A stretch of 63,851 nt of DNA, counting the filler, from Hausera hauseri (Eukaryota): the NCBI GenBank assembly GCA_046269625.1. It is 11 parts of 11 records of this genome, joined end to end, with 100 filler letters (N's around TTAATTAATTAA, not from the genome) between each part and the next. Parts side by side here need not be neighbours in the genome. Positions count along the whole stretch, not along the records: positions 41,769 to 49,588 come from JBJURY010902536.1; positions 49,689 to 54,275 come from JBJURY010516015.1; positions 54,376 to 59,500 come from JBJURY010327605.1; 8 more parts are not named here. One strand, 5' to 3'. The notes under the pieces were generated by a model. That model was not told where the DNA came from and made no database searches. It saw only the letters and a program-made list of their open reading frames with translations. Below, one piece after another: positions 44,701 through 58,600 of this stretch. The position numbers and the translations under genes are program-made. How positions within the stretch are numbered: the stretch's first letter is position 1; each line of letters begins with the position of its first letter.

Positions 44701-47700
44701 CACATTTCAAGAAGTGCCATAAAACGGAAGATGAATGTGCAGAACCATCTTTGCAAGAAGTGCTGTAAAATAGAAAATGCATATGCTGAACCACCTTTCC
44801 AAGAAGCGCTGTAAAATAAAAGTGCCTATGCGGAAGCACGTTTGCAAGTAGTGCAGTAAAATGCATGATACATATGGCGAATTACATTTGCAAGAAGCCC
44901 GGTGAAATAGAAGACACAAATGCGGAACCACATTTTCAAGATGCGCCGTAAAATAGGAGGTGCATATGCAGAACCACATTTACAAGGAGTGCAGTAAAAT
45001 GCAAGATATATATGGCGAACTACATTTGCAAGAAATGCCGTAAAATAGAAGATACATATGCGGAACCACATTTACAATAAATGCGCCAAAATAGAAGAGC
45101 TATATGGCGAACCATATATGCAGGAAGTGCTGTAAAATAGAAGAAGCAAATGCGGAACCACTTTGCAAGAAGTGCCGTAAAATAGAAGATATATATGCAG
45201 AACCACATTTGCAAGAAATGCCTTAAAACAGAAGATTCACGTAGCGAACTACATATTCCAGAATTGCTGTAGAGCACTAGATACATATGGGGAAACACAT
45301 TTGCCAGAAGTGCGGCAAAATAGAAGATCCGTATGCCGAACCACATTTGCAAGACGTGCCGTGAAATACAAGACGCATATGGCGAACCACATTTCGAGAA
45401 GTGCCATAAAACGGAGGGTGCATATGCGGAACCATATTTGCAAGAAGTGCCGTAAAATAAAAGATGCATATGGCGAAACACATGTGCAAGAAGTGCAGTA
45501 AAACACTACATACATATGGTGAACTACATTTGTTAGAAGTGCCGTTAAATAAAAGGCGCAAATGCGGAACCATTTTTAAAGAAGTGCAGTAAAACAGAAG
45601 AAGCACACAGCGAACTGCATATGCAAGAAATGCAGTAAAACACAAGATAGATATGGTGAACAACATTTGCCAGAAGTGCCGCAATATAGAAACTGCATAT
45701 GGCGAACCACATCTGGGAGAAGTGCCTCAAAATAGAAGATGCATATGCTGAACAACATGTGCAAGAAGTGCCGTAAAATAGGAGATGTATATGCAGAACT
45801 ACGATTGCAAGATGTGCCGAAAAACAAAAAATGCACACAGCGAACGACATGTGCAAGAAGTGCAGTAGAACACTAAATGCATATGGAAAAACACTTGCCA
45901 GAAGTGCCGCAAAATAGAAGATCCATTTGCGGAACCACATTGGCAAGAAATGCAGTAAAACAGAAGATGCATATGGCGAACCAGATTTCAAGAAGTACCA
46001 TAAAACGGAAGATGCATATGCGGAACCACATGTGCAAGATGCGCCGTAAAATAGAAGTTGCATATGAGGAACCCCCTTTGCAAGAAGTGCGTAAAACAGA
46101 AGATTCCCATAGCGAACTATATATGCAATAAGTGCCGTAAAACACTACATAAATATGGGGAAACACATTTGTTAGAAGTGCCGCAAAATAGAAGATGCAT
46201 ATGCGGATCCACATTTGCAAGAAGTGCCGTAATATAAAAATAGCATATGCGGAAATATGTTTGTAAGAAACGCCGAGAAACACAAAATACATATGGCGAA
46301 CCACATTTGCAGAAGCGCCGTAAAATAGAAGAGGCAAATGCGGAACCACATATGCAAGAAGTGCCGTGAAATAGAAGACGCATATAGCCAACTACATATG
46401 CAAGAAGTGCCGTGAAACATTAGATACATATGGGGAAACACGTTTGCCAGAAGTGCTGCAAAATAGAAAATGCATATGGCGAACCACATCTGCTAGATGT
46501 GCCGTAAAATAGAAGACGCAAATGCCGAACCACATTTGCAAGAAGTGCCGTAAAATATTTTATGCATATGCGGAAGCACATTTGCAAGAAGCGCCGCAAA
46601 ACAGAAGATGAATATGCAGAAATATATTTGCAAGAAGTACTGCAAAACAGAAAAACCATATGCCGAACCACATTACCAATAAGTGCCGTAAAATTGAAGA
46701 TGCTTATGCGGAACCACATTGGCAAAAAGTGCCGTAAGACACAAGATGCACATAGTAAACTACATATGCAAGCAGCGCCGTAAAACACTAGATACATATG
46801 GGGAAACACATATGCCAGAAGTGTCGTAAAATAGAAGATTCCCATAGAGAACTACATATGCAAAAAGTGCTGTAAAGCACTATCTACATATAGGGCAACA
46901 CATTTGCCAGAAGTGCGGCAAAATAGAAGATGCATAAGCGGAACCATATTTGCAAGAAGTGCCGTAAAATAGAAGAAGAATATGAGGTACCATATTTGTA
47001 AGAAACGCCGCAAAACACAATATACATATGGCGAACCACATTTGCGAGAAGCGCCATAAAATAAAAGATGAAAATGCGGAACCACATTTGGAAGAAGTGC
47101 CGTAAAATAGAAGAAGTATATGCCGAACCACATATGCGAGAAGTGCTGTAAAATAGAAGACGCAAATGCGGAAGTGCCGTAAAACATTAGATAAATATAG
47201 GGAAGCACATTTTTCACAAGTGCGCAAAATAGAACTTGCATATGCGAAACCACTTTGCAAGAAGTACCGTAAAATAGAAGAAACATATGCGGGACCATAT
47301 TTGTAAAAGCGCCGCAAAACAGAAAGTACATATCGCGAACCACGTATGCAAGAAGTGCCGTAAAACACTAGATTCATATGGGAAAAAAAATTTGCCAGAA
47401 GTGCCGTAAAATAGAAAATCCATATGCGCAACCACATTTGCAAGAAATGCCGTACAATACAATACGCATATGCCGAATTATATATGCAAGAAGCGCTGAA
47501 AAACAGAACATACATGTGGCCGTCCACAAGTGCAAGAATTGCCGTAAAATAGAATATGCATATGCAGATTCACATATGCAAGACGTGCAGTAAAATATGA
47601 GATACATATTGCCAACCACCTTTGCAAGTAGATTCGCAGAATAAAAGATGCATATTCCGAACCGCATATGCAAGAAGTGCCGTAAAATAGAAGATGAATA

Positions 47701-49588
47701 CGCGCACCCATATTTGCAAGAAACGGCTTAATATAGGAAATGCATATGGCGAAGTGCGTTTTACAAGAAGCGCGTAAAATAAAAGTTGCATATGCGGAAC
47801 CACATTTGCAAGGAGTGCCGTAAAATAGAAGATGCACATGGCGAACTACATTTCCAAGACATGCCGTAAAGTAGAAGATGCTTATGGTGTAATATATCTG
47901 AGGGACGTGCTGTAAAATAGAAAACACAAATGCGTAACAATATTTGCAAGAAGTGCCGTAAAACACAAGATGCACATAGCAAACTACATATGCAAGCGGC
48001 GCCGTAAAACATTAGATACATATGGGGAAACACATTTGCAAGAGGTGCCGTAAAATAGAAGACGCATATGGCGAGCCACATTTCCAAGAAGTGCAATAAA
48101 ACGGAAGGTGCATATGCGAACTATGTTTGAAAGAAGTGCCGTGAAATAGAAGATGTATAGGCAAAAGGACATATGCAAAAAGTGCCGTAAAATGTGAGAT
48201 ACATATGGCGAACCAACTATGTAAGAAGTACCGTAAAACGGAAGATGCATATGTCGAACCATATTTGCAAAAAGTGCCGTGAAATTGAAAATGCATATGG
48301 CGAACCACATTTGAAGAAGTGCAACAAAAAGGCAAATATTTATGGCGAACTATATGTGCAAGAAATACCGTAATATAAAATATGCATATGGCGAAGTACA
48401 TTTGCAACAAGCCCCGTAAAGCAGAAGACGCAAATGAGGGAACCACTATAGCAAGAATTGCTGTAAAATAGAAGATGCATATGCGAACCACATTTGCAAG
48501 GAGTACCGTAAAACACTAGATACAGATGGCAAACAACATTTGCCAGAAGTGCCGCAAAATAATAGATGCATACGGCAAACCACATCTGCGAGAAGTGCAG
48601 TAAAATAGAAGACGCAAATGCGAAACCATATTTTTAAGAAGCGCCGCAAAAGAAAAAATACATATGGCGAACCACATATGCAAATAGTGCCGCAAAACAC
48701 TACATACATATGGGGAAACACATTTGCAAGAAGTTCCGTCAAATAGAAAATCCATATGCGGAACCATATTTGCAAGAATTTCCGTAAAATAGAAGATATA
48801 TACGAGAAACACGTGTGCAAGAAGTGCCCGAAAAATAAAAGATGAATATGCGAACCATTATTGCAAGTAGCGCCGCAAAACAGAAGATGCATATGCAGAT
48901 ACATATATGCAAGAACTGCAGTAAAATAGAAGATGCAAATGTGGAACCGTATTAACAAGAAGTGCTGTAAAATAGAAAATGCATATGCAGAACCACATAT
49001 GCAAGAAGTGCCGTAAAATGTAAGATACATATTGCTAACCACGTTTGCACGAAGCGCCGCAGAATAAAAGATGCATATTCCGAACCGCATACGCAAGAAG
49101 TGCAGTAAAACACTAGATTCATATGGTGTACTACATTTCCCAGAAGTGCCGCAAAATAGAAGATCCATATGCGGAACCACATTTGCAAGAAGCGCCGTAA
49201 AATAGAAGATACATATGGGGAACCACATTTGCAAGAAACGACGTAAAATAGAATACGCTAATGGCAAACGACATCTTCTAGAAGTGGCGTATAATAGAAG
49301 ACGCAAATGTGGAATCACATTAGCAAGAAGTGCTGTAAAATAGAATATGCACATGCAGAACCACATATGTAAGCAGTGCCGTAAAATGTGAGATACACAT
49401 TGCTAACCACGTTTGCACCAAGAGCCGCAGAATAGAAGATGCATAATCCAAATCGTATATGCAAGAAGTGCCGCAAAACACTAGATTCATATGTGGTGCC
49501 ACATTTGCCAGAAGTGCCGTAAGGTAGAAGATGCATATGGCAAACCACATTTGCGAGAAATGCCGTAAAATAGAAGACGCAAATGCGG
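41769..49588. repeat. Tandem satellite, about 46-bp diverged monomer, with higher-order duplication
   Basis: Consensus near GCGGAACCACATTTGCAAGAAGTGCCGTAAAATAGAAGATGCATAT. Near-identical block repeated at offset 3512 (e.g. 42605-42871 vs 46117-46383). Confidence 0.95.
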
Positions 49589-49688
49589 NNNNNNNNNNNN
49601 NNNNNNNNNNNNNNNNNNNNNNNNNNNNNNNNTTAATTAATTAANNNNNNNNNNNNNNNNNNNNNNNNNNNNNNNNNNNNNNNNNNNN

Positions 49689-49936
49689 CTGAATCAATGA
49701 CGCTGCCGCCCACAACCGTCAGTCCGAGCTTTGCCAGTCCGCTTTTCGTTAAAAGTTGGTCATAGTAAATGGGTGGAATCGCCAATCGAATCCCAATCCT
49801 TATGCATTTGATTGTGCTCTCTGCAATTGTCGCATTAACATTAGAAAACACATCGTAGCCTGCACTGTTTGCTGCAACGTCTCAGAACCAAGGCATTTTC
49901 GTCTGTTATTAAAACCTTTACATCGTTCATTATCAT
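49689..49936 (-). pseudogene. dut: dUTPase, N-terminal part, one frameshift
   Basis: ENALVLRR/AANSAGYDVFS (motif I), IGIRLAIP, KSGLAK (motif II), GSVIDS (motif III). Confidence 0.85.
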
Positions 49937-50049
49937 TATTCTTATGCCAATATTAAAATTACACGTCTATTTATACTCGTTAATTGGGTTAATGAAAGAA
50001 AAAGAACGGTAAAACAAAACAACAACAATAACAATATTTATTGATAATT

Positions 50050-50744
50050 AAAATGTGCTTTAGCTACACGCAAAATCGGACTTTTGATACCGGCTTTTCC
50101 CTTGTAACCTTGAAATTCAATGTTCAGTCAACATTTTAAACCATCGTCATCGGGTACATTACATATTTCGCAAACTATAAAATCAAAAACTTTCGTTTTC
50201 TGCGCCAGTAAATCGACAGATTTCTGTTGCACGGTCGTTTCGCTTAACTTTAAATCCACCCTTAAGTGATGTAGAACATCAGGAAGTTCATCCAAATTTT
50301 CACCCGAAAGCCGTTTTATACGACAACTGTACTTGGGTGCGCATAGAGACACGGGATTATTCAATGAAATCAGTACAAGCCTTCGCAGAAAATGCATTTA
50401 ATACTTGCCGAAAATTCGTTTGGGTAAAAATGTCTGTGTTTGGCGCGACGGTTTTGATTTTCGTTTACGCATTCCAATCATTGCATTTTGCATTTTAACG
50501 TCGGTTTTGCTGTTGCTGATTTTTGAGCAAGTTCCTTTTTCGTTTACAGACAATCGCCCTGCAGACAATGGCCATTAAAAGGTTTTTCTAATTGTTGGAC
50601 AGGTTCTGTTTTCGTTTCCAGCAGTTTGACATGAGAATTGTCCTTTTTGTAGCCAAACAACCACGTCCAATCTGAACTTTCGTCAATCTCACAACCACCA
50701 TCATCATCATTGAGTAGAATCGTTTTGTCGTCGTCGTCTTGCAT
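50050..50744 (-). pseudogene. Possible TFIIB-like gene, decayed
   Basis: EIDESSDWTWLF resembles the B-reader ID.SSEWR.F. LPDVLHHLRVDLKLSETTVQQ...IVCEIC...AGIKSPILR resembles a cyclin repeat. Own TATAAATA upstream. Multiple frameshifts and no zinc ribbon. Confidence 0.35.
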
Positions 50745-50789
50745 GCCAGTAATGTGTGAATGAGCATGGGAATGGTATTTATAGTTTGT

Positions 50790-51270
50790 TGTGCAATGTA
50801 CATTATGTTGATTTACTAAAACATTTATGTGGTTTTTAATTTGATTAACAATCCGTTCATAGTCTACTGTCCGAATACCGAGTACAACAATTTTTCCACT
50901 GCTAAACACATTGACACAGAGTGGGCAAAACGATGTCTGTTTCAGTGCAGGAAACAGTTTTGGTTCATATGTACATTCAGTGACCATTGCTAATTTGTAC
51001 AGATTGATTGTTTGGTAGTGTAACTGAGTCGTTACCGTTATTAATTGGATTTGGTCAATGACAATTCCGAATGGTAGTAGTTTACTGTTACTGTTGTCAG
51101 CTGTGATTGGTTTGCGACAACCCATAATACGACACTTTCCAGATTGAAATATGATGCATGTAAAATCTAGTGGACACTTGAGGACATACTGCCTCGGCTT
51201 CCTTTGATTAAAAGGTAGTGTGTTAATGTCACACTCGGTAACGTCCGCGATCTTTGATATTAGCTACCAT
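50790..51270 (-). pseudogene. TATA-binding-protein-like gene
   Basis: Two TBP repeats: TCIIFQSGKCRIMG and INLYKLA...YEPKLFPAL...VNVFSSGKIVVLG. Probable start MVANI at 51270 with one frameshift. Confidence 0.8.
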
Positions 51271-51321
51271 TATGGTAACAGTGTATATACTATAGCTATT
51301 TATATATGTGCATGTAACACA

Positions 51322-51955
51322 ATGATAAACAAATCATGTGAGGAATGGTTGTATTATTATTAGATGAAGCTGCAGAATGATTCCATTTTCCAGATTGTAG
51401 GGCCCAGTGGAAGTGACAAAACACACTTTGTATGTAAACTATTGCAGAACTACCGTAACATGTTCCATTCACCGCGGTACAATCACATTTACTGACATCA
51501 GAGTGTTGGTGATGATGGTGAGTCCGGTTTGGCACATCAGGAATTTTGTATACTGAAATCGATAACAGTAATTGATGGGTTTGATGAGAACTGGTCATAG
51601 AAATTATGCAACGGTACCGTTATTGTCATTATCGATTTATTTCAGGAAGCTGCGAAACAATCGTACTTCAACAACCTGTTCACGAAGATTGCACGGCGGA
51701 CAGAATCGAACACGAAATCTAAACGTACACTATTCGGTGTTGTTCAAAAATCCCCTTGATCAGACTATCATTGATTATGATGCGTGACAAGCATTTCCTC
51801 ACAACCGAGCCTAATTGATAGATGCATGTTATGATTCTACGAACAAACCGCATGAATATCTGTTTATTGACTTTACACAACAGTGTCCAGATGGAATTCT
51901 TGTACTAGCAGATATTTTCAATCAGAAAGGTGTACATATCTATAAACAAATTCGA
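51322..51955 (+). pseudogene. Polinton packaging ATPase, decayed
   Basis: GPSGSDKT (Walker A), VIVIIDLFQEAAKQ, LFKNPLDQ, YLFIDFTQ. Homologous to 20690-21141. Confidence 0.85.
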
Positions 51956-52573
51956 AAATGGACGACATAATTGTGATAAAATGAAGAATTTCCGAAAACA
52001 ATTGTTAAACGTAAACCTATCAAGTGTGTGTCCGGCAAGAAACGTGTATCAAAACGAACCGTTACAGTCAAGCGATTAATGAATCTGTGCTTCGAACAAC
52101 AACAGCAGCAGCAGCAGCAGCAACTAGACGCAAATTACCGTCTCAGTGGCAACGGTTATAAATAACTACGTCTCAGCATCAATACGTCCAAAAAATGCGA
52201 TTCCAACGTAGTCAGCCGTACTTTATTGCTTTGCTCAAGGCACCTACGGGACATAAAAGAAACATGCTGCGATCATTTCCGTAATTTGTAGTAGACGATT
52301 TGATGAAAATTTTATACAATATCGTTCACGTTGGTATCAGCAAAGATGGCGGATTCCTTGGTGCAATTCTACCAAGTGTCACGTCATAACTTGGTGGACT
52401 CATTGGTGGAACAGTTTAGTATAAACAATGACGGTAAGTATATAATGATTTAGCGATATGGGTGCACGGTTTTCATTATTTTGACCCAGTTTACCGAATC
52501 TTTCATTAACATTTCGTTCTAATTGCTGCAATGCTAACAAAAACGACATCATCGACAACACCGAAGACAACGA

Positions 52574-53605
52574 TTGGCGACGTGTGATTCGACCCGCGTC
52601 ATCCCGTCGGGTATACTGGCATCGACAAACTGTCAAAGACTGTCAAACAGACTCGGCGACAAACCCAACATTAGTTGGGGAAACAGTTATCATACAGCCT
52701 AAACAAATTGATAAGAATGCGGTTTCCAACTCGTGCATACCGTGCTGCCGGTGTAAATAATGGATAGCAAATGGACCTGGTGGAAATGATTCCGTATGCC
52801 AGCATCAACGATGGGTATCAGTACGTGCTGACATGCATTGATGTGTTTAGTCGTTTTGCACGTGCAACTGTTGTCAAATCCAAATCTGGTAAAGAGATTT
52901 CCGACTCTTTTCACAGATTAATAGAACAACAACAACCACCGAAACATATACAAACGGATTTGATTAAGAAATTTTACAACTCCAATGTCTCGTTGGTTTT
53001 GAGGCGGTTCTGTGTACGCCACTATACGGTGTTTTCACAATACAAGGCTGCACTCGTTGAATGATTTAATCGAACCTTACGCGGCTGACTGACCAAATTC
53101 TTTACCAAGCGGAGCAATAAACGCTGGGCAGATGTACTGCCGGATATCATCCATGCATACAGTCATTTGACACATTGTGGTATAAATGGATTACGGCCGG
53201 TGGATATAATCGATGATTTGGACATGTGACTTTACCAAAACCGAACACAACGACCACCAACTAAACGTCCCAAGTATAAAATCGGTGATTATGTACGTAG
53301 TTCAAAGCTGAGTACGACACTATTCATTAAGAATTTCAATCAGAACAGGAATGACGAGGTTTTCCGAATTTGGGCAATCAACACAAAGCAAACACCTGTC
53401 ATGTACGTTTTAGAGGATGAAGGCGGTGAGAAAATACGCGGTAAATTCTACGAACAGGAACTGCAGGTACTGCCCGAGAAATCCTATGTATATCTTATTA
53501 AGGGAATTCTACGATCACGTGGCAAAGGTTTGAATAAACAATATATCGTCAAGTGGCACGGATACACTTGCAGCGAGTTGGATTTTTGCATCACACATCC
53601 AATGA
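52574..53605 (+). pseudogene. Polinton integrase with chromodomain, decayed
   Basis: MDLVEM, VLTCIDVFSRFA, IQTD, KAALVE, GKFYEQELQ, YIVKWHGY. Confidence 0.88.
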
Positions 53606-54275
53606 GTAGCATTTACTTGGTACTTCATAGTAACAGACAATGGCAATAATGCTAAATAGTTTACCATGCACTTAGACCAACCGGTCGATTTACACCAGGG
53701 AGCCTGGGAAGTGGCTTTGACGGAATTCACATTTACATTTTCACCAATGACAAAACGTCAGGACAGTGGTATTTACTTTACCCCACAAGAAACGTACCCT
53801 ATTTCAAGTCGTTTGTGTATAATCCGACGCAATAACCGATATACCTTTCTCAATTATTCGCGACAACATTTCTCGGTGTATGCTTATTTTTCAAACTGCC
53901 GTATGAAACTAATGCATCGAAATCCCATTGAAATGCAGTTTAAATCTATAACTGATGCTCATGCATGGGGTGTTCAATCAGTCAATGTACATTCAAAACG
54001 TCTACGACTAGGTAGACATGTTATAATTGGTAAAAAATTGAACCTTTCATCCAATGCGGAATCCGGTATTATAATAAAGTGGACTAAATCAAAATCAGTC
54101 TTCCGCTCACACATTATGCCACACGATTTATTAATGGAAACGGAACTGGAATTGTGTGAATATCAAGAAAATGGCTACATTAGCTGTAAAGACATGTGAA
54201 ATAAACGCAGATGGTCATATTTCGATTATACTATATGACAATGTTACATATTTTGCCTTTGATGAATTATTGGCT
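53602..54275 (+). pseudogene. Polinton/adintovirus minor capsid (penton)-like gene, N-terminal part
   Basis: IYLVLHSN...HLDQPVDLHQGAWEVALTEFTF matches the F..LPSN / WEVAL.E penton N-terminal motif. Follows the integrase. Confidence 0.7.
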
Positions 54276-54428
54276 NNNNNNNNNNNNNNNNNNNNNNNNN
54301 NNNNNNNNNNNNNNNNNNNTTAATTAATTAANNNNNNNNNNNNNNNNNNNNNNNNNNNNNNNNNNNNNNNNNNNNGCGATTTTTATCTGACTCATAACGG
54401 TTTCATTTTAACCGACCTTCCACGCGTC

Positions 54429-55583
54429 ATGGTCTCACATAACTATCTATGTATACATTTCAATTCTGGAATCCGCGGAGGTATTATTTCTCAACCAACT
54501 AGTGACACCACCGATAAGGTGACCACAAAACCCAAGTCCATTCTCTACTACCCTAAATCAAGCCATCCACCTACTTCAATCGATACAAATTCTTCTCACA
54601 AAAATCATATCAGTACTTCACCGCATTGTTCTAAATATTTTATAGACAATGAGAAGTATAGCAAAACTTGGCTCCACATCCATCAACTCTGGTTACAGTC
54701 CAACGGTATTACAGACTCGTTATTCAAAGCCCATAATCTACTTTACCTTCTGCGAAATTCCATAAAGGCCTCAATCTACAACTTATTGGACATCTTTCAA
54801 CACTCTGACCCTTATACCCAGTTGTTTAATGCTGTGTTAAAACTGACAGAACCACCAATTGACTCCACAATTCAACGCCTCTTTAACGAAAACGCAATAG
54901 GGACACAAAAACCTAGTGATTTCCTACGCACCTCGTTGGCTCACTTACGTACTCTAGGCGTCACCAAGGAACACAATCCGGATCTACTTCGACGATATTT
55001 CCTTAATGCTTTACCCATTTAAATTAGGGCTTTACTTACCGTTGTCGAAGATTCTACAGCCTTACATTAACTGGCTGAATTGGCAGATAAAAAACACGAA
55101 GTCTTACAAATCCAGTCACAACCCATCATATCAGCCGCTATTACGACCGATGACAACCAACGATATACATTCATCGAGCACCAATTGAACCAATTACGCG
55201 CCGAAAATGCAGCACTACAACACACAATCAACACCATCAATGATAAGCTGAATGACCTTTCTTTACACAGACGGAATACTCCCTCGCCTCATAAAACACG
55301 TTCTCCTTCAAGAAATCGGAAACCGTCACCAACGCGGTCATTCATATATTATTACCACAACAAATTTAACAACAAAGCAAATAAATGTTGTTTAGGGTGC
55401 AGATATTATTCATCGTATCTACACTCTGATAATATAATTTGCATTTATAATGCAAAATTCGGATCTAATGCTCGAAATTGTATTTTCGGATGTAACTATA
55501 AAGCTAACATAAACTACACCACTGATAGACGTCCCAACTTCTCTAACAGTAACCGTTATAACTCATCAAACCACAAAAGCTAA
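54429..55583 (+). pseudogene. gag: gag (premature stop at 55020-55022)
   Basis: KPSDFLR, FLNALP, LAELADK, and two CHCC-type Cys/His boxes. Confidence 0.75.
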
Positions 55584-55689
55584 TTTCGCCTCCAGTATTC
55601 TCGGCAGATTCTGGAAAAGGCAACTTATCTAATTCCTTTTGCCGACAAACTTCATTAGCAGTTTTCACACTAAAAGCTGCTATCTCTAA

Positions 55690-58600
55690 TCTTAACATTC
55701 AATCCATAGATTTTCTCATCGATACTGGCGCAGCGATCTCACTACTCCCACTTTCTTTTCCGGTTCAACATTCTTCTAAAATAAATCCTTTATACACTGC
55801 ATCTAATCAATCTCTCCGTATTACCGGAACTTGCAAATTATCTTTCATTCTACTAAACTTTTCCTCTTCATTTCATTGGACGTTTACAGTCGCTAACGTC
55901 CAGACAACAATACTGGGCTCAGATTTCCTTTCGCACTATAACTTGCTAGTCGATTGTTACCGACGCTGCCTGAAAACGAATACACTTGTTGACCGTAGTA
56001 CAAGTATAGACAGCATCCCAATGACACAGCAGTCAACAGTAAATAAGCAATCTATTTTAAAACAGTCAGTACCTCGTTCTAATTCCAATAACTATCACGT
56101 TTGACACCTTAAGTTTCAAAAAGACAATGTCGACAGCTAATCACAGCTCAATGTCGACACCTACAATTTGGTATTTTATGTAAAATCATGGAACAATAAC
56201 ACTATTCAAATACGGTCCTGGACCCGACCATCCTACTCCAAACTCCACTTGATTCCTCATCAACACCCAATCACCATATACCAATCACTACTAGCAACTT
56301 CTGTTTATCGTCAGTTACAACATTCCAGCAACTCCTCGCAAGTTTACGACAATTCGTCCATACTTCTTGTCCTCGTATACTTCAAAAAGATAGGAATTTT
56401 ACCCCAGTAAACAACATTTACCACCGTATAATTACAAGACATCAAAGGCCAATTAGATAAAATGTCCGTCCATTGTCACCGCGACGCAGACAGGCAGTAG
56501 AAGCTGAATTTATGGAACTCGAGCAATCAGATATCGTCCGCAAGTCTAAATCACCATGGTCTTCGCCCCTCCACGTTGTACAAAAAGGTGGATCCTTCCG
56601 ACCATGCGGCGATTACCGCCAACTACCATTAATCAAAGACATATTACATGGGCTTAATACTACTTCAGTTTATTCGAAAATTGATTTAGCTAAAGCTTAC
56701 CACCAAATTCCTGTCGCACCGGACGCCATTGAGAAAACTGCAGTTACCACACGTTTTGGTCTTTATGAGTACTTGTATATGCCTTTCGGTCTCCGGAATG
56801 CTGCGCAAACTTCTCAACGACACAGATTCAATACTTTCAGATTTTACCTTTGCGCATCCATATATTGACGATATCTTGGTTGCTTCCTCATCAGTTAAAC
56901 AACACGAAGAACATCTACGACCCATGTTTAAACGCCTTAACCAGTTCAATCTACAGATCAATTTTGCGAAATGCAATTTCTTTCAAAAACGCGTTAATTT
57001 CCTCAGAAATATTATCTCATCAGACGGCCATTCGCATTAGCCTGATCGAATTAAGACTCTTAAAAATGTCCAACTACCTAAGACAACCACAGAAATGCGC
57101 AGTTCCCTTGGTACCTTGCATTTTGTTTACAAATATATTCCGTATTGTTTAGAACTCACGGCACCTTTTGCACACTTAAGCGGAGGAAAGAAACATCAGA
57201 AAATCATGTGCACACCACAACTCGTTAATGATTTTGACAGGTTACGTGAAGGACTAAAGACTGTGGAAATATTGGCATTTCCTAAACCTGACGCTGAGTT
57301 AATTTTAACTACAGATGCATCAAACATCGCAGTATGTGCTGTACTACACCAGCTATACAAAGGAGAAAAAACCGCTAGAATTTTTTTCCACGATACTTAA
57401 CGCCACCAAAAACCAGATATCAACTTTCGATCGGGAACTGTTAGCAATAGTCCTCGCCTTAAGACATTTTTCTCATTTACTTACAGCCCGCCGTTTTGTT
57501 ATACAGACAGATCATAAGCCGCCGACTAATATAATGCCTATGAAACATCCTTAAACTCGACAAGAACGGAAAATTTCATATTTTTCCACATTCAACTTTG
57601 ACATCAACATATCGAGGGTGCTGACAATCTAGTTGTCGATTTCCTATCTAGATCAGTCGGTTCGATCAATTTTTCACCAATCTTCTGTCAGACAAAGCTC
57701 CAAGAAAATCAACCATCGCAAGATATTCGCAATTCGTTCAAATCCCACCAGATAATCGACGGCGTGGCCTTAGACTGCTCTAAACCAGGACAATCCATGG
57801 TAATTCTTGCTTTATCATTACACAAACAAGCATTTCAAAACGTACATTCGTTACATCATCCTGGTGCCAAAGCAACTTTCCGCTTACTTCAACGACAAGT
57901 AATATGGCCTACTATGCGTTCTTATGTGCAAGCGTGGGTTAAGGAGTGCGCGGCTTGCCAAAAATTTAAAATCACCAAACATTTGAAGTCACCCTTATAC
58001 TACTTCCATTGCACATCACGTTTCGAGTCTGTTCATATTGATCTCGTTGGCCCTTTTCCTCTTGATAACAGTCATCAGTTCATTTTGACCATGATGGATC
58101 GTTCATCACGTTGACCAGAAGCCGTTCCACTACGGAGCAACAATACGTACACGATCGTCGACGTTTTCATAAGCACGTGGATCAGTAGATTTGGATCCCC
58201 TAGATTCATTATTACAGACCAAGGTACCCCGTTTGAGTCCAATTTGTTTAAATCTCTTGTTAACCGATTAGGAATTGGCCATATCAACACATCACCGTAC
58301 CACCCTCAATCGAATGGTCTGCTAGAGAGATTCCTCAAAACACTAAAAACGTCATTGAGAATCCTCGCAGAATCCAATAGCATTTGGACTACTTTCCTTC
58401 CACTTGTTCTTCTAGGTTGGCCTAATACACCTTCTACTTCTACAGGCTGTTCACCTGCAGAAGCCCTTTTCGGAATACCTGTACGCTCATTGTTCGAGTT
58501 AACGGCCTTGAAAGATACACCGACAGACAAAGCTATTCGATCAGCACATGACCATTTTGTTTCCGTCAGCAGAGATTCTTTCTGTAGGATCTTGAATAAC

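Noticed and set aside
41769-49588. CRISPR array, or the many Cys/Phe-rich ORFs in the track
   Set aside because: The whole 46-bp unit repeats with no unique spacers and no cas genes. The ORFs are by-products of a stop-poor satellite.
50544-51125. Single 193-aa TBP protein as listed in the ORF track
   Set aside because: TBP homology starts upstream of 51125. The C-terminal part has its own TATA box and ATG (50744), so the ORF is likely a read-through of two genes.
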